NCBI RefSeq assembly: GCF_000143415.4
Contig: NW_003314387.1
Coordinates: forward strand, 281,921 to 345,920
Direction of reading: 5' to 3'
Origin: Selaginella moellendorffii
Lineage: Eukaryota; Plantae; Lycopodiophyta
DNA length: 64,000 nucleotides
Shown: piece after piece, positions 11,620 through 26,900 of the stretch
Position numbering within the stretch: position 1 is the stretch's first letter
Layout: every line of letters starts with the position of its first letter
The notes under the pieces: generated by a model
What the model saw: the letters and a program-made list of their open reading frames with translations, nothing else
What the model was told of the DNA's origin: nothing
Databases searched by the model: none
Translations under genes and position numbers: made by a program

Positions 11620-12230
11620 ATTTCATTCTTCTTCTTCTTCCCAGTCTCATCGATCTCCACTCCAAGTGCTGGAGCTTGGGCGAGGCCAGGGTGTTTGCTC
11701 GATCACCGCAGCTACCAGCCTCTTCCACCGGGCATTTTGACGACGCGAGACCTCTGTTCGCCGCGATCGATTTGCGAGGCTGCATCTCAATGGGGAGAAT
11801 TGGCGGGCACAAGAGGCATTCGATCGCATGCGCTTCGCGTGGACGGCATTGTACGCACCCGATTGATAGGCCATGTTGGATTCAATGGAGAGCCCCAGAA
11901 TGGAAGGATCGATCCGAGGAGCTGCTGCTCAGATTCCCCCATCGGAACCTCGTCACCTGGAGCATCATGATCCAGCCGGGGCAACGAGAAGCTCTTCCAC
12001 ACAGTTCCCAGGAGAAGTTCTTAAGATCCAATGTGCTCAACATTTCTGGAGATGGTGTCTCTGGCTATATCCAAAGCATGTAAAACGTGGTAACGTGCAC
12101 GGATATGTTCGCAGCTTACGATCTAAATGGTGGACAAAGGGAAGAACGTAATACTGTCCTCGTGGCATATGCCCAAGGTGGGTATATTCAAGAATTGAAA
12201 GAGTTATTTGGGAAGATGCCACAGCACAAT
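11620..12230 (+). pseudogene. PPR pseudogene fragments
   Basis: EARVFA, PHRNLVTWSIMI, NTVLVAYAQGG...KELFGKMP in different frames. Confidence 0.6.
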
Positions 12231-15200
12231 GTGTCTGTCCAGTTCTTGGCAGAAGACGATCTCGGTGATGGCATGCTCACCAATGGAGCATCGTAACGCG
12301 GCGATGATTAGTTGGACCTGTCCTCTAGGCTGGAGATCATGACGCACAGCCATTCGAAGGTTGCCAAAACTCTTGGGCATCGGTAAACCGATGTCCAGGG
12401 TCGTGTCCTGTCTCTGCTCCGCTCAATAGCTCGCGTTCCAGCTTGCAGAGTGTGCCGCTCAGCGTTCGTGTTCTTCCTTGGCAGTCTGCAGCACTCTGTG
12501 CGATCGTAACAAGGCTGCATTGCGAGTCACGCGAGGTGCAAGTTCCTCCTCCAAAACTATTATCGTTCCAAGCGAGAGACACATTCCAGGATCCGTTCTT
12601 TCTGGGCTAGATCGACCACTGTCTTTTTTGTCTCTCGAGCCTGCGGGAGGGAGAAAGAAGGAATTTCCAATATCGCGAACATCGCCTACACTTGAAAGTG
12701 TTTTTAGGTGGTTCTCTGGCCGTGGATTCGAACCTGTGACCTTGCCAATAAATTTCTTTATTCTAGCCAGATATCCGGCCAACAGGTTCCCGTCCAAATT
12801 AAACATTAATAGCTTGTTAACGTGTTTCGCTTGTTTTTTATTTTGAATGAATGGCACGCTCTTTTTTCGTATCAATCACGTGGGCAAGGTCGCGCGAATT
12901 CCAAGCCTCTCTTCTTGGTTCCAGGTTTTTTTCTGGAGCAAAACTTGTTTCTCGGAACAAGAAAAGTTTCTGGAAAATGAGCAAGTTTGATTTGATCCAT
13001 GCACCCTCTTGAAGAACAGAGTTGAGAGGCATCTGGAAATGTCAAGAGTGCTGGAGGTTCGGGTATTTGTTTGTTTCTCTCTTCTTTGCAAGATCAAATC
13101 CTCTGGCCATGTTCAAAACCATGAAATTAAATACTCACTCCCGAAAACACCAGAGGCACATCCCTGATTTGGTGCAACTGATTAGACTCAGAACCTGAAG
13201 GTTGATGCATCAGCGATTCCTTTGTAGCCTGTGAGAGCCTTGATCGAGCGTCGGGTGAGAGCAAAGAAGAAGCATGACAAGCGGTGGAATGATACAACAC
13301 AATGATCTGCAAGGACCCACGTCAAGCCACTGCGAGAAACTAGAGAGAAGAAAGGCTACGCTCTCGCTCAGCTCCACTCTTTCTTACATGAGATTGCCAC
13401 AAGCCCGGCAGTCAAACGCTGCTCGAAAGTGTGGAGCCGCGTATCGTTATCCAGGTCGTCAGTAGTCCTGGGCCATTTGCTATTTTGACAAAGCATGTAG
13501 GAGGAGCTAGTGGTGGATTCACGAATTCTTTTCGGAGTATTCACATTAATTTTTCGTGGAGCCTTTTGTCTAAGTTAACTTAAGTTTGTTATGCTTGTTG
13601 AACTTCTACTTCAATCACTGCTATATGCCACACTTTCGGCCTCACGAGTCACGGAACCGCTCGGCATATTTATGCTCGCTGCCGTATTTCGACGAGATGT
13701 CTGTCAAGTCGGGATTTGCTGGAACTCGCTTCCTCAGAGTGGATCCGGCAAGCAAGCGCTGCTTATTCTCGTTGGTCGGAAAAAGTCAATGTGCGTCCAT
13801 GGCAGTCCAAGGAATGGCGCTTTGCGTGATGATGGTAAATAAAAAAGAAAAGAAAAGATCCCAGCCACCAAGGAACCATAGCTTTTGTGAAAACTTTCTC
13901 TTGTTTCACCATCGCTCCTAGAAATCTTGCTACTGCTGCTGGATCAGTGGCAATTGGCTCGTCCAAACCTGTTGGCGTTCATACGAGCAATGCTGAGACG
14001 CGTTCCAGGATGACTTTAAAGCAAAAGGAAGAGTCTGGGCTAGATCGACACACTGACCATGATCGTCGTGGCTGCTGCTGCTGCTCAGCACTCCAGCTCC
14101 AAGATGCCACTGACACAAAAAAAAATTCCATAAAGACCCGCAAGCGAAGTAAAATTTAATTGGGTCTCTGGCTGTGGATTCGAACCTATGACCTTGCCAA
14201 TAATTGTTTTTATTCTAGCCCACAAGTTCCCGTCCAAATTATGCATTAATAGCTTGTTAACGTGTTTGTTACTTTGTATCAATCGCGTGCAAATTCTGGG
14301 CATGGCGCTCAGCTCGCACGCGAATGTTTCCCATAAGTTTGATTTGATCCAGGCACCTTCTTCAAGAGCACCGGTGCGTCCTGCCCAAGAGATTCGAGTT
14401 GCAAGGCATCTGGAAATGTCAAGAGTGCTGAAGGTTGGGGTCGTTGTTTTTCTCTTCTTCGCAAGATGAAACCCTCGGGGAGCTCAATTCATCAAGACAC
14501 CACCCAAAAGCTTCCAGTTTGATGCTTGTTCCTATAGAAAAACCATGTTCAAAACCATGAAACAAAACAGAACACCTTTGAGTTGGTGCAACTAACTTAA
14601 CTCAGAACCTAAAGCTTGTTGCATCAGTGATATCCACTGTAGTCTAGTCCCGAGTACGTTGTGAGAGCCTTGATCGAGCATCAGGTTAGAGCAAACAACT
14701 CCTCAAGCGCTGCTTGCAGGTTTAGACTCTGCATAGCTGATGGCTGACAAAAGAAGAAGCATGGCAAACGAGGGGATGATACAACACAAGGATCTGCGAG
14801 GTTCGAAGAAGTCCCTGAACTGCTCCTGGGTACGTTAAGCGACTGCGAGCTTGGTAAGGGACAAGGAGAAGCTTTAAAACGTGACTCCACTAGCCTAGTC
14901 ACACCCATAAGCTTACGCGAAGCAATGCACTCGACACATCGCTTGGCGAAAATCGAAAAGTGGCGAAGATGAGGAACGAAGCTCAAGACAGTCTCTTGTG
15001 CGTTCTTGAGCGATCTGGACAAGAGTATAAGCAAAAGAGCGCGACAAGAACCATACATACCGCTTTAAATCACAAAAACAATGCTTGTGATGCTTGCTTT
15101 GCGAGGTATTGTTTGAAGGCTTGTCTTGGTTTGAGCCAGACCGGATCATCCAGCCAAGCGCGGGAGACAAGCGCTGCTCGGGTGAGGAGCTTCCTTGTTG

Positions 15201-16060
15201 GAATGCGAGCGAAAGTGTGGAGCAGCGTATCGTTATCCAGGTCGCCAATGGTGGCAGCGTCCTCTGCTATCGCTGTCCTTGCGCCATTTGCTATTTTGAC
15301 GAAGCTTACGTGTAGTTAACGAATGGTTCCATCGCATTGTTCTTGACGGGGAGGAGACGCTGCTCCGATCGTCATAGATTCCTCGCGAATTTCGTCATGG
15401 AAATGTATGGAGAGTGCGGGCGCGCCGCGGATGCCTTGGGTGTCCTCCACAAAATGGAAGATGGAAATGTTTTCTTCTGGAACGCATTTGCCCACAGCAG
15501 GCAAATGGCAGAAGTTCTGGTGCTCTTTCGGCAAATGCTCGTCGATCGAATTCTTGCAGCTATCAATGGCGATGTGGAGATCCATGCGCGACAAACACCG
15601 GTGAGAAACACATGGTGAGAAACACCGGGAACCTCGACTTAAGTTGGCAGAAGGCCTGCTCCAGGCCTGGTTGAAAGACTACTGCTGGAGGGTAAGTATG
15701 GACACATCAACCACGGCCTTTGGAGGAGGCGATACCCCTGCTGTCTGATCTCCTCGCGATCCTGGAGCTGTCCAGAGCGTCGATCTCGAGAAAATAACAC
15801 GTCACCATCTTTGGCTTGTCGTTGTAGTAATTGGAGCTTGGGGTGGCGATTGGGATGTGGCGCCGATCAGGCTGGGATGCCAGTCTCGAGCTCACACGGC
15901 AATGTGTGTCGTGGAACTCGATCGTCACGGCATCTGTGGAATATCTTGATCCAGGCGCTTGCCCAAAACGGCCATGGAAGTGATACTGTTCGGTTTGGAT
16001 CTCGAGGTTGTCAACTCCTGCAAAGCATGCCTTTCTGTCACACTGGTTTGTGCTTAGATG
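12230..16060. repeat. Mosaic repeat block A (F-box, PPR and YBEY fragments plus B-box element)
   Basis: Segments recur at 23990-28190 and in reverse complement at ~59370-62412; F-box-like GDLDNDTLLHTFARIPTRK on the minus strand; no intact ORF. Confidence 0.85.
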
Positions 16061-16710
16061 TTTCAAGTGCTCGCCAAATATTACTATCTCACTATTAACG
16101 ACAATTGCATCGACATCGAGCTTAAGCTTAATATTATATCGCAGATCGTTCAGCATCACACAGCCTGCGTACTTACGCAACAATAGTTCGGCGGATTCAA
16201 TGGTGTTTACTCAAGTGAATTTCGGAAGATGGAAGCAAGCACCAACTTCAGTTTCCTTGCTTTCTAGCTTGGCTTTGTGTTCCTGCGATTTATCACAGAC
16301 AGCGCAGTGTGTAGGAAATGTACAATGAGAAACAAGTGGACAAGGAATCGTGAAGCATTTTCGCTCGTCCACATTTTCTAGCTTCCCGCAGAATGAAAAT
16401 GTGAGTGCTTAGAAGAGAGCGTTCTTTCCGGTAAGAAAATGAAACATGTTTACGTTGTAAGCGTGTTTCCACTAACTCTAAATGCTGCAATCTTAGATGA
16501 TCTTCCACTTGAGCAAGTGGACATGTGCGGAGTATGTACTTCCTTCCCCGTTTTCGACCTGGACAGTAGATCAATCAAAGGCACATGGACTGCATGTGTA
16601 GTCGTGTAAGACAATCAGACTAGGCATTTAAGTTAGTAATGAAGACTAATAAAAAGAATGGAGCACCTTACCTTTAAAAACTTCCAAGGGCGTGTGACAG
16701 TACTGCAAAA

Positions 16711-18499
16711 ATGGGACGAGTACAGATTTTGCTAGTGGCAGCGGTGCTTTGTATCGGAGCTTTGGCACAGGGATCTCCGATCCAATGCAATCCTGGAAGC
16801 AAAAGTTGCACAGTCAATAACTATCAGGGCATATGGACTGATCGGGAACCTTGCGAGGTAGAGTCTGTAGCGTACCCAACGAACGAGAAGGAGCTTATTG
16901 CCGCAGTCGCTGGCGCTGTGGAACGGGGGCAGAGCATCAAAGTAGTGAGTAAGTATGCTCACAGTCTTCCAAAGGTTGCCTGTCCGCGAGGAAAATCAGG
17001 CCTTCTCATCAGCACCAGCAAATACGATTCCACTATCTTGATCGACAAAGCCGCCGAGACTGTTACTGTTGACGCCGGTGTTGAACTTCAGTACTTGTTT
17101 GCTAAGCTTGCAGAGGACGGGCTCGCCTTTCCACCTTCGCCGTCTTTCAATGGCATCTCCGTTGCGGGTGCCATAAGCACTGGAGCTCACGGTAGCGGTC
17201 TCCATGGTCGAGGAGGTGCCCTGCACGAGTACGTAGTAGGGATTAGTCTTGTTGTCCCTGCCAAGAAAGAGGAAGGCTATGCCAAGGTGGTCAAGCTTAC
17301 GTCGTCGGATGAAGACTTGAACGCGGCAAAGCTATCAATTGGTGTGCTTGGAGCCATTTCCCAAGTGACTTTTGCAGTGGAACCGATGTTCAAGCGCTCG
17401 GTTACAAAGCAAATGAGGAATGACACCACTCTCGAAGACGATATCCTGGAGCTGGCTCACAAGTACGACTTTGGTGAGATCAACTGGCATATAAATCAAG
17501 GTAAGACCATTGCTACATACAGTAAGAAAGTCCCGGTCACCACGCCTGGCGAAGGCCGCAACATCAACTACACTCCTCGACTGGCATCTTCTATCACATT
17601 CTGGAGAGGAGTTGGTTAGTATTCCGAGATTTCTACTTATTCACTTGATCTTACCCAGAGCTTGCTGATCTGCAGCTGAGAAGAGAGAGGCCGCATTCAA
17701 CAGATCCGAAGTTTGTGAAACGAGCCTTGACAACGTCCGTAACAGAGTCGCCACAGGGGATGGTTACGTGAATGAAAATGGTACATTCAAAGGTTACCCC
17801 GTGGTAGGATACAATCACCTGATGGAAACAGGAGGGGGGTGTCAAAACAAGAGCATCTCACCACAAGGTGACAAGTTTACCTGTCCATGGGATCCCGAGC
17901 TGCCAGCCCACGTCTTCTTCGAGACCGCAATCTCCATACCTTTCACTAAAATCAACCAAGCCATCAAAGATATCAAAAGTTTGCGAGATAAAAATCCAGA
18001 CAAGCTGTGCGTGCTCAACATGTACGGAGGCACCATTTTCAGATTTGTTCGAGGTTCAAGTGCTTACCTTGCAAGTCCTCAGGATTCAGTGCAGTTCGAT
18101 ATGCTCTTATACAGGGACAGAAAGAGCAACACTCCAACTCTAGATGAAGATTCCATGGAAGAGATCAAGCAGCTGCTACTGAAGAAATACAATGGAAGGC
18201 CACACTGGGGGAAAAACCAGGACGCTGCGTTTGAGAACATGGGAGCCAGAGTGACAAGCCTTGCCAAGTTTCTCAGAGTCAAGAGACGGATGGACCCTCA
18301 CGGCTATTTCTCAAGTGAATGGTCTGACGCGGTGCTGGGCATTAAAGGAGGCAGGAAGGTGTCAATCAAGAGGAAATATTGCGGCCTCGAAGGACTATGC
18401 GTCTGCAGCGAAGATAGCCATTGTGCCCCTGAACAGAACTTCTTTTGCAGGCCCGGAGTGTTCTTCAAAGCCGCCAGAGTCTGCCGAACAAGCTCGTAA
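16711..18499 (+). CDS. L-gulonolactone oxidase-like FAD oxidase (GulLO family), secreted (exons 16711-17614, 17676-18499)
   Basis: Signal peptide; HSLPKVACP; GAISTGAHGS FAD motif; PHWGKN; Cys-rich C-terminus; 61-bp phase-1 intron restores the frame. Confidence 0.92.
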
Positions 18500-19078
18500 G
18501 TGACAGCAGCGATAGAAATAAAACGAGCATGAATGGAAAACAATGCAGAATGAAAAGAGCGTCATACCAGCTTTGTAGATCGACACAAGGCGTTCAACAG
18601 TGTAACGAACTTCCGGAAGCAAATCTTCGTTTCTGCCACCAATGCCTATAACAGCTCAAATGTGATTTACATACCCAGCCGCGCGAGAACAGTCTACCTG
18701 GATCGCGGTAAGATCAATGAAAAAATGTAATAGGCAAAAGAACAGCAGATAGAATGAAAAGAAGGAAGACCACGCTCGGCCGACGTCGAAGCGCTAATGG
18801 CCTTCCCATTTCAATCTTGGATGGATTCATACCTCTCGCGGAAGCTCCTAAATGGAAAGAGACAGTAAAAAACCCTAAAGAGTTTTACTGACGTGGTAAG
18901 AAATGTGGCTGGAGTTTTTTTTCCAATAAACATTATTATTATAGTTGTTTATATGTGGATCTAAACCCCCCAGGGTCCAAGACATTTGGGATTATTTCGT
19001 GGTGGTATGCCCAAAAATTTTTAATACAAGTTATCGTTTTACATTGTAAACTCTAAAATACCTTGCGTCTCATGCATT

Positions 19079-19158
19079 GACGGCTTGGCCGAGTGGTCTA
19101 AGGCGTTGGATTTAGGCTCCAATCCGTTAGGGCGTGGGTTCAAATCCCACAGCCGTCA
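19079..19158 (+). tRNA. tRNA-Leu(TAG)
   Basis: GACGGCT/AGCCGTC acceptor stem, TTGGA-TTTAGGC-TCCAA anticodon arm, long variable arm, GTGGG-TTCAAAT-CCCAC, downstream T-run. Confidence 0.95.
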
Positions 19159-19193
19159 TGAATCTTTTTTAGAATTTTTCTCTTATAACATCA

Positions 19194-20325
<1,132 letters not shown>

Positions 20326-21135
20326 TCACTGACAAGGCAAGCGACACACTTGCAAAGAGCTCAATGCTGATGTTTTGTGACGAACAGCAGTGGCAATGGT
20401 CCTTTTATACTGCCTGATTGATTGATTCCTCGGAGTATAACGTCTCTGCGACACACACCGACATGGCCAAAGCTAGAGCTTTGACAGTGTCAAAGAGTTT
20501 ACTGGATGCCATATCTGGTCGCTCGCGCTAGCACGCTCACAATATATCAATTTGCCGTGTGAGACAGCTATATGAGATTGACAATGCAGACGAAGAAGAC
20601 TAAAGGGTTTCGTTTCCAAACCGTTTGATGGATGCAGAGAACGCGACCATATCGAAGACTTTCTTCGCTTTAATTAAATTCGAGGAAGAAGTAGAAATGC
20701 GCGTTTAGGCATTGAATGCGTTTCGTTGATGCGTCCCTGTCAGTTTGGTTTTGTTCTCATCCTCGAAAAGTCAAACATGTCAAGCGCAAAAACCCTAATT
20801 TCGTAAACTTGAGCGCGGCAAAACAGCGAGCATGAGCCCTAATCACGTGTGATAAAAAGTAGTCCCTACCTGTCAACCAAATAGACACTCATCCTTGGTG
20901 CTTCACAAAAAATTGAAATTCATTTAAACAACTTGGACGATGCAATGCCACCCTCTCATTAGGTAAGTGGTTCAAACGTGCCCACCACTCAGAGCACAGC
21001 ACGTGTCCTACATGTTGTCGCTATGACCGAGGCATATTCTGGTGAATATTCTCCTGGATCTTTTCGTGTGTGGAGCTTTTAAAGGCACTTCCTTACAGTT
21101 GGGATTTTAGGGCTCTTTATTCAGTTCTCTGAGCT

Positions 21136-23307
21136 ATGGCGCTAGCTCGTAGCGTCTTGCCCGGCACCAAGGCGTCGTCCAGGATCTCCGGCATTGGATA
21201 TTTCAATCTGAGGCAGTGGCAACGGTCGAGCAGCGTCGCGTTTACGCGATCTTGGGCTCCGATTAAGTGGTCGCTCCAGCAAAGATGCTCCGCCAGTGGT
21301 TTTCTTGTGAGTGATAGGAAGAGCTCTCAGTTTCTAGTAAAATGTGTATCTACGGTGGCTCCCGAGAAGGAGCTGGAGATCAGCACACCTGTTATAGCGG
21401 AAGAATCGCTGGCGATGACACCAGAGATCCAGGTAACTCGATCATCTTCTTTGTTTTTGAGCTTATGAAGCTTTTTCTTTCCAGGGTGCGATCAAAGAGC
21501 TTGAGAAGGACGCACGTCTGGCTGTGGAACTCGCAATCAAAGGCTATGAAGCGGCCGAATCGGCTGAAACCACTGAGCTTTCAGTGACCATTTGCGATGA
21601 CAAGTATATACAAAAGCTGAACAAGGAGTGGCTCGGCAAGGATCGTCCCACCGATGTGTTGTCATTCCCTCAAGATCAGCCAGCGGGAGAATCGCCTCTT
21701 GTAAGTTCCTCCGAATTGTCATTCTTTGACCATTTCAATTTTCGCTTTTGCAGCTGTTGCTGGGAGACGTAGTCATTTCTGTAGAGACTGCTGCTCGTCA
21801 AGCACAAGAAAGAAATCATTCTCTTCTCGATGAAATGAGGATTTTACTGGTATGCTTTGGAATTCATCTTTCATAGCAACTTTTTCTTTTTGCCACTAAA
21901 ACAAATAACGATGACAGGTTCATGGCTTGCTTCATGTTCTGGGACACGATCACGAGCTGGGAGTCAAAGAGTCCGAGGCCATGGCAAAAAAAGAGATGGA
22001 GATTCTAAGCAGTCTCGGATGGACAGGCAAAGGACTAATCTCCGCGTCTCAATCCGAGCCGGCAGCCGATACAAACGAATCCAAGAGTTAGATTCAGTCT
22101 TTTGAGTTTGGCGGATGTTGATTGAGATTTTTGTTGCAGCTAAATCTGTTCCTCGAAAGAAGAAAAGATCCCCGTTTAAGATCTTGTTCTGTGACATGGA
22201 TGGTACGATACATTTGCTTCTACGATGACTTGTTTCATCTTAAGTTTGATTTGATCCAGGCACCCTCTTGAACAGCAGAAGCCAAGTATCGAGGAAGACC
22301 GCTGATGCTCTCAAAGCAGCGGTAGGAATCGGTGTGCAAGTAATCATAGCTACTGGAAAGGTATGTTACCTTGCTTCAAGGTTTTGGCTTAGCTCCTGAA
22401 ATACATTCTTATTGCAGACTAGACAAGCAACCATGAAAGCACTTCGACCAGTTGGACTAGAAGGCCAGGGTGGTGTTCTCTCAAGCACCACACCTGGTGT
22501 CTTTATCCAGGTAATTTTGCTTCGGTAGGACTGTTTAACTTGAGAAAAGGTTATCTCTAACGCGTTACGATAATTATCCAGGGATTGCTAGTGTTTGGAG
22601 AAGGAGGTGCCGTTGTTCATAGAGGAGTGCTGCCTCTGGACTATTGCACCAAAGTAAGGAATCTCATTGACTCTTTATCCGGTGGTAAAAGATCTCTACA
22701 TGTCTCAGGCCTTTCAATATTCGCTAGAGCACAACATTCCCGCAGTTGGATTTTGTGGAGACCGCATTGTGGCCTCGTTTGACCATCCGTTCCTCGATCA
22801 TTTGCACGAGGATTACTTCGAGCCTAGAGTAAGTAACTCTCGAGTGTTCTAGCTACTTGATCTTAGAATCGAAGCTCACAACTCTGGTCATCGTCGCAGG
22901 GGGAAGTTTTAAAGTCTATAGACGAGCTGGAGAAGCACAAAGTCCAGAAGCTATTGTTTTTCGAGGAGCAGGAAAGGATCGACCGGATTCTCAGGCCGGA
23001 ATGGCAGGCGATAACGCAGGGCCATGCGACGCTCGTCCAGGCGCAGCGAGACATGCTGGAGATCCTCCCCGAGGGTGCCTCCAAGGGCGCGGGAGTGAAG
23101 CTACTGCTCCAACACATGGACGTTGATCCGGACGAGGTGATGGCGATTGGAGACGGCGAGAACGACATCGAGATGCTAGAGATGGTTGGATGGGGAGTTG
23201 CCATGGGCAACGGAGCTCCAAAAACTCTGGAAGTCGCCGACGTTACTGTGGCTACCAATGACAAGGATGGAGTGGCTGAAGCGCTGGAACGTTTCATCCT
23301 TCCATGA
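21136..23307 (+). CDS. YBEY: Chloroplast endoribonuclease YbeY fused to a Cof-type HAD hydrolase (multi-exon)
   Basis: Transit peptide; [18 protein letters not shown]; [12 protein letters not shown] metal motif (~21920); FCDMDGT; [13 protein letters not shown]. Confidence 0.9.
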
Positions 23308-23499
23308 TAAAGCATCGCCTATACAAGATAAACTCGATGGAGCTATAACAGCATCAACAACAAGAACTAGCTATATACTTGTGGATCTGGAACTTTGACA
23401 GGAAACAGCATCAGGCTGGAAACAGTCGATCATCTCCTCTCCACCCAACAGATCGACGATACAGCTTTAAGATAAAAGATTTTAGAGACAAGTTATAGC

Positions 23500-23860
23500 G
23501 CTCAATGCACAACTACGCATGAGACATATGAATGCAAAAATGCTTTTGTCAAAAGAGAAAATGCAAATGGTCAAGAGTGACAATTCGGAGGAACTTACAA
23601 GAGGCAATTCTCCCGCTAGCTGATCTCGAGGGAATGACAACACATCGGTGGGACGATCCTTGCCGAGCCACTCCTTGTTCAGCGTTTGTATATACTTGTC
23701 ATCGCAAATGGTCAATAAGAGTCCTATGTTTTCATCGCTTTGATTGCGAGTTCCACAGCCAAACGTGCATCCTTCTCAAGCTCTTTGATCGCATCCTGGA
23801 AAGAAAATAAAAAAATTCCATAAGCTCTAGATGATCGACTTTACCTCAATCTCCGGTGAA
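23500..23860 (-). pseudogene. Inverted partial duplicate of the YBEY 5' exon/intron region
   Basis: Reverse complement of ~21420-21750 including intron sequence; [28 protein letters not shown]. Confidence 0.85.
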
Positions 23861-23989
23861 TGATACGTCTTGCCATTGCAAGTCCTTTCGCTTCCTTGGA
23901 TTTAGATCCCTCACGCTCGAGAAGATACTTTGTCATTAACGTATGATCAAATTCATAGAACCCTTAGCAGTTTAGTATAAACCCTTAAA

Positions 23990-26900
23990 TCTGCATTGCG
24001 AGTCACGCGGGCTGCAAGTTTCAGCTCCTCTCCTCGTCCAAGAGCAATGTTGAGACGCGTTCCAGGATGACTTTAAAGCAAAAGGAAGAGTCTCGGCTAA
24101 ATGGACACACTGACCATGGTCATCGTGGCTGCTGCTGCTGCTCAAGCACTCCAGCTCCAAGATGCCACTGACACATCCAATTCCATAAAGACCCACCCGT
24201 CCACATACGGGCCCGGCAAATTCTTGAAGGGAGGGAGAAAGAGAGATGATTCTCGCTCAAAACCCCGGGCTACACTCAAAAAAGTCAAGTTTAATTGGGT
24301 ATCTGGCTGTGGATTCGAACCTGTGACCTTGCCAATAAATTTCTTTATTCTAGCCAGATATCCGGCCAACAGGTTCCCGTCCAAATTAAACATTAATAGC
24401 TTGTTAACGTGTTTGTTACTTTCGCATTTTTGAATGAATCGTTTCTTGTTTTGTATAATCGCGTGCAAATTCTGGGCATGGTGCTCAGCTCGCTCAAACT
24501 AATGTTTCCCATTAGTTTGATTTGAGCCAGGCACCCTCTTCAAGAGCACCGGTGCGTTCTGCCCAAGAGATTCGAGTTGCAAGGCATTTGGAAATGTCAA
24601 GAGTGCTGGAGGTTCGGGTAGTTGTTTCTCTCTTCTTCGCAAGATCAAATCCTCGGGGAGCTTAATCCTTCAAGACACCACCCAGGGCTTCCAGTTTGAT
24701 GCTTGTTCATAAAGAAAAACCGTGTTCAAAACCATGAAACAAAACAGAACATCCTTGAGTTGGTGCAACTAACTTGGACTCAGAACCTGAAGCTTGTTGC
24801 ATCAGTGATTCCTTTGTTATCCACTGTAGTCTAGTCCCGAGTACGTTGTGAGAGCCTTGATCGAGCATCAGCAAGCAATTCCTCAAGTTTCAGAAGAGCC
24901 TATGCTAATCACAGACTGCTTGCAGGTTTAGACTCTGCATAGCTGATGGCTGACAAAAGAAGAAGAAGCATGGCAAGGGAGGGGATGATACAACACAAGG
25001 ATCTGTGAGGTTCGAAGAAGTCCCTGAACTGCTCCTGGGTACGTTAAGCCACTGCAGGCGTGGTAAGAGCCAAGGAGAAGCTTTAAAGCGTGACTAGTCA
25101 TATCCACAAGCTTACGAGAACGCAATGCACTCGACACATCGCTCGGTGAAAATCGAAAGGTGGCGAAGATGAGGAATGAAGCTCAAGACAGTCTCTTGTG
25201 CGTTCTTGAGCGATCTGGACAAGAGTATAAGCAAAAGAGCGCGACAAGAACCATACATACCGCCTTAAATTATAAAAGCAATGCTTGTGATGCTTGGGTT
25301 GTGAGGTATAGTTTGAAGGCGTGTCTTGGTTTGAGCCAGACCGGATCATCCAGCCACCGAGACAAGTTTTTCAAATATTAAGAGAAGAAAGACCACGCTC
25401 TCGCTCAGCTCCACTCTTACTTACATGAGATTGGCACAAGCGCGGCAGACAAGCGCTGCTCGGGTGAGGAGCTTCCTTGCTGGAATGTGATCGAAAGTGC
25501 AGAGCAGCGTATCGTTATCCAGGTCGCCAATGGTGGCAGCGTCCTCGCCATCGCCGTCCTTGCGCCATTTGCTATTTTGAAGAAGCTTCTGGTTCCACCC
25601 GATGTAACCAGGGTCTGTCCAGTTCTTGGCTATGATCCCCAGTCGCAGAAGAAGATCTCGGTGATGGCATGCCCACCAATGGAGCATCGTAACGCGGCGA
25701 TGACTAGTTGGACCTGTCCTCTGGAAGACGCACAGCCATTCGAAGGTCGGCTAAACCGATGTCCAGGGTCGTGTGGTGTCGGTGTCTCTGCCCTGCTCAA
25801 TAGCTCGCGTTCCAGCTTGCAGAGTGTGCCGCTAAGCGTTCGTGTTCTTGCAGCACTCTGTGTGATCGTAACAAGGCTGGATTGCGAGTCACGCGAGGTG
25901 CAAGTTCCTCCTCCAAAACTATTATCTATCGTTCCACATTCCAGGACCCTTTCTTATCGACCACTGTCTTTTTTGTCTCTCGAGGGAGAAAGAGGGAGAA
26001 ATTCCAATATCGCGGAGAAACTCCAACATCGCCTACACTTGAAAAAAAAATTATTTTAGTTGGTTCTCTGGCTGTGGGTTCGAACCTGTGACCTTGCCAA
26101 TAATTGTTTTTATTCTAGCCAGATATCCGGCCAACAGGTTCCCGTCCATATTATACATTAATAGCTTGTTAACGTGTTTGTTACTTTCACATTACGCTTG
26201 CTTTTGAATGAATGGTGCAAATTCTTCGTGGTTCCAGGATTATTTTTTGGCCCAAAATTCGTTTCTCGGAACAAGAAAAGTTTCTGGAAGAGGGAGTTTG
26301 ATTTGATCCACGCACCCTCTTGAACAGCAGAGTTGAGAGGCCTGGAAATGTCAAGAGTCCTGGAGGTTCGGGTATTTGTTTGTTTCTCTCTTCTTTGCAA
26401 GATCAAATCCTCCATGTTGAAAACCATGAAATTAAATACTCACTCCCAAAAACACCAGAGGACAATGGACCACCCCTGATTTGGTGCAACTGATTAGACT
26501 CTGGAACCTGAAGCTTGTGGCATCAGTGATTCCTTTGTTATTCAGCCTGTGAGAGCGTTTGGTCGAGCATCAGGTGAGAGCAAAGAAGAAGCACGACGAG
26601 CGGTGGAATGATACAACACAAGGATCTGCGAGGACCCACGTCAAGCCACTGCGAGCGTGGTAAGGAACAAAGAGAAGCTTTTAAGCGTGACTCCACTAGC
26701 CTAATGCTTACAAGAACGCAATGCACTTGACACATGGCTCGGTGAGAATCGAGGCCCAAAGGTGGCGAAGATGACGAATAATGGAGCCAGTAGCTCTAGA
26801 CAATCTCTTGAGTGATCTGGACAAGAGTATAAGCAAAAGAGCACGACAAGAACCATACATACTGCCTTTTACAAAAGCAATGCTTGTCATGGTCTGATGT

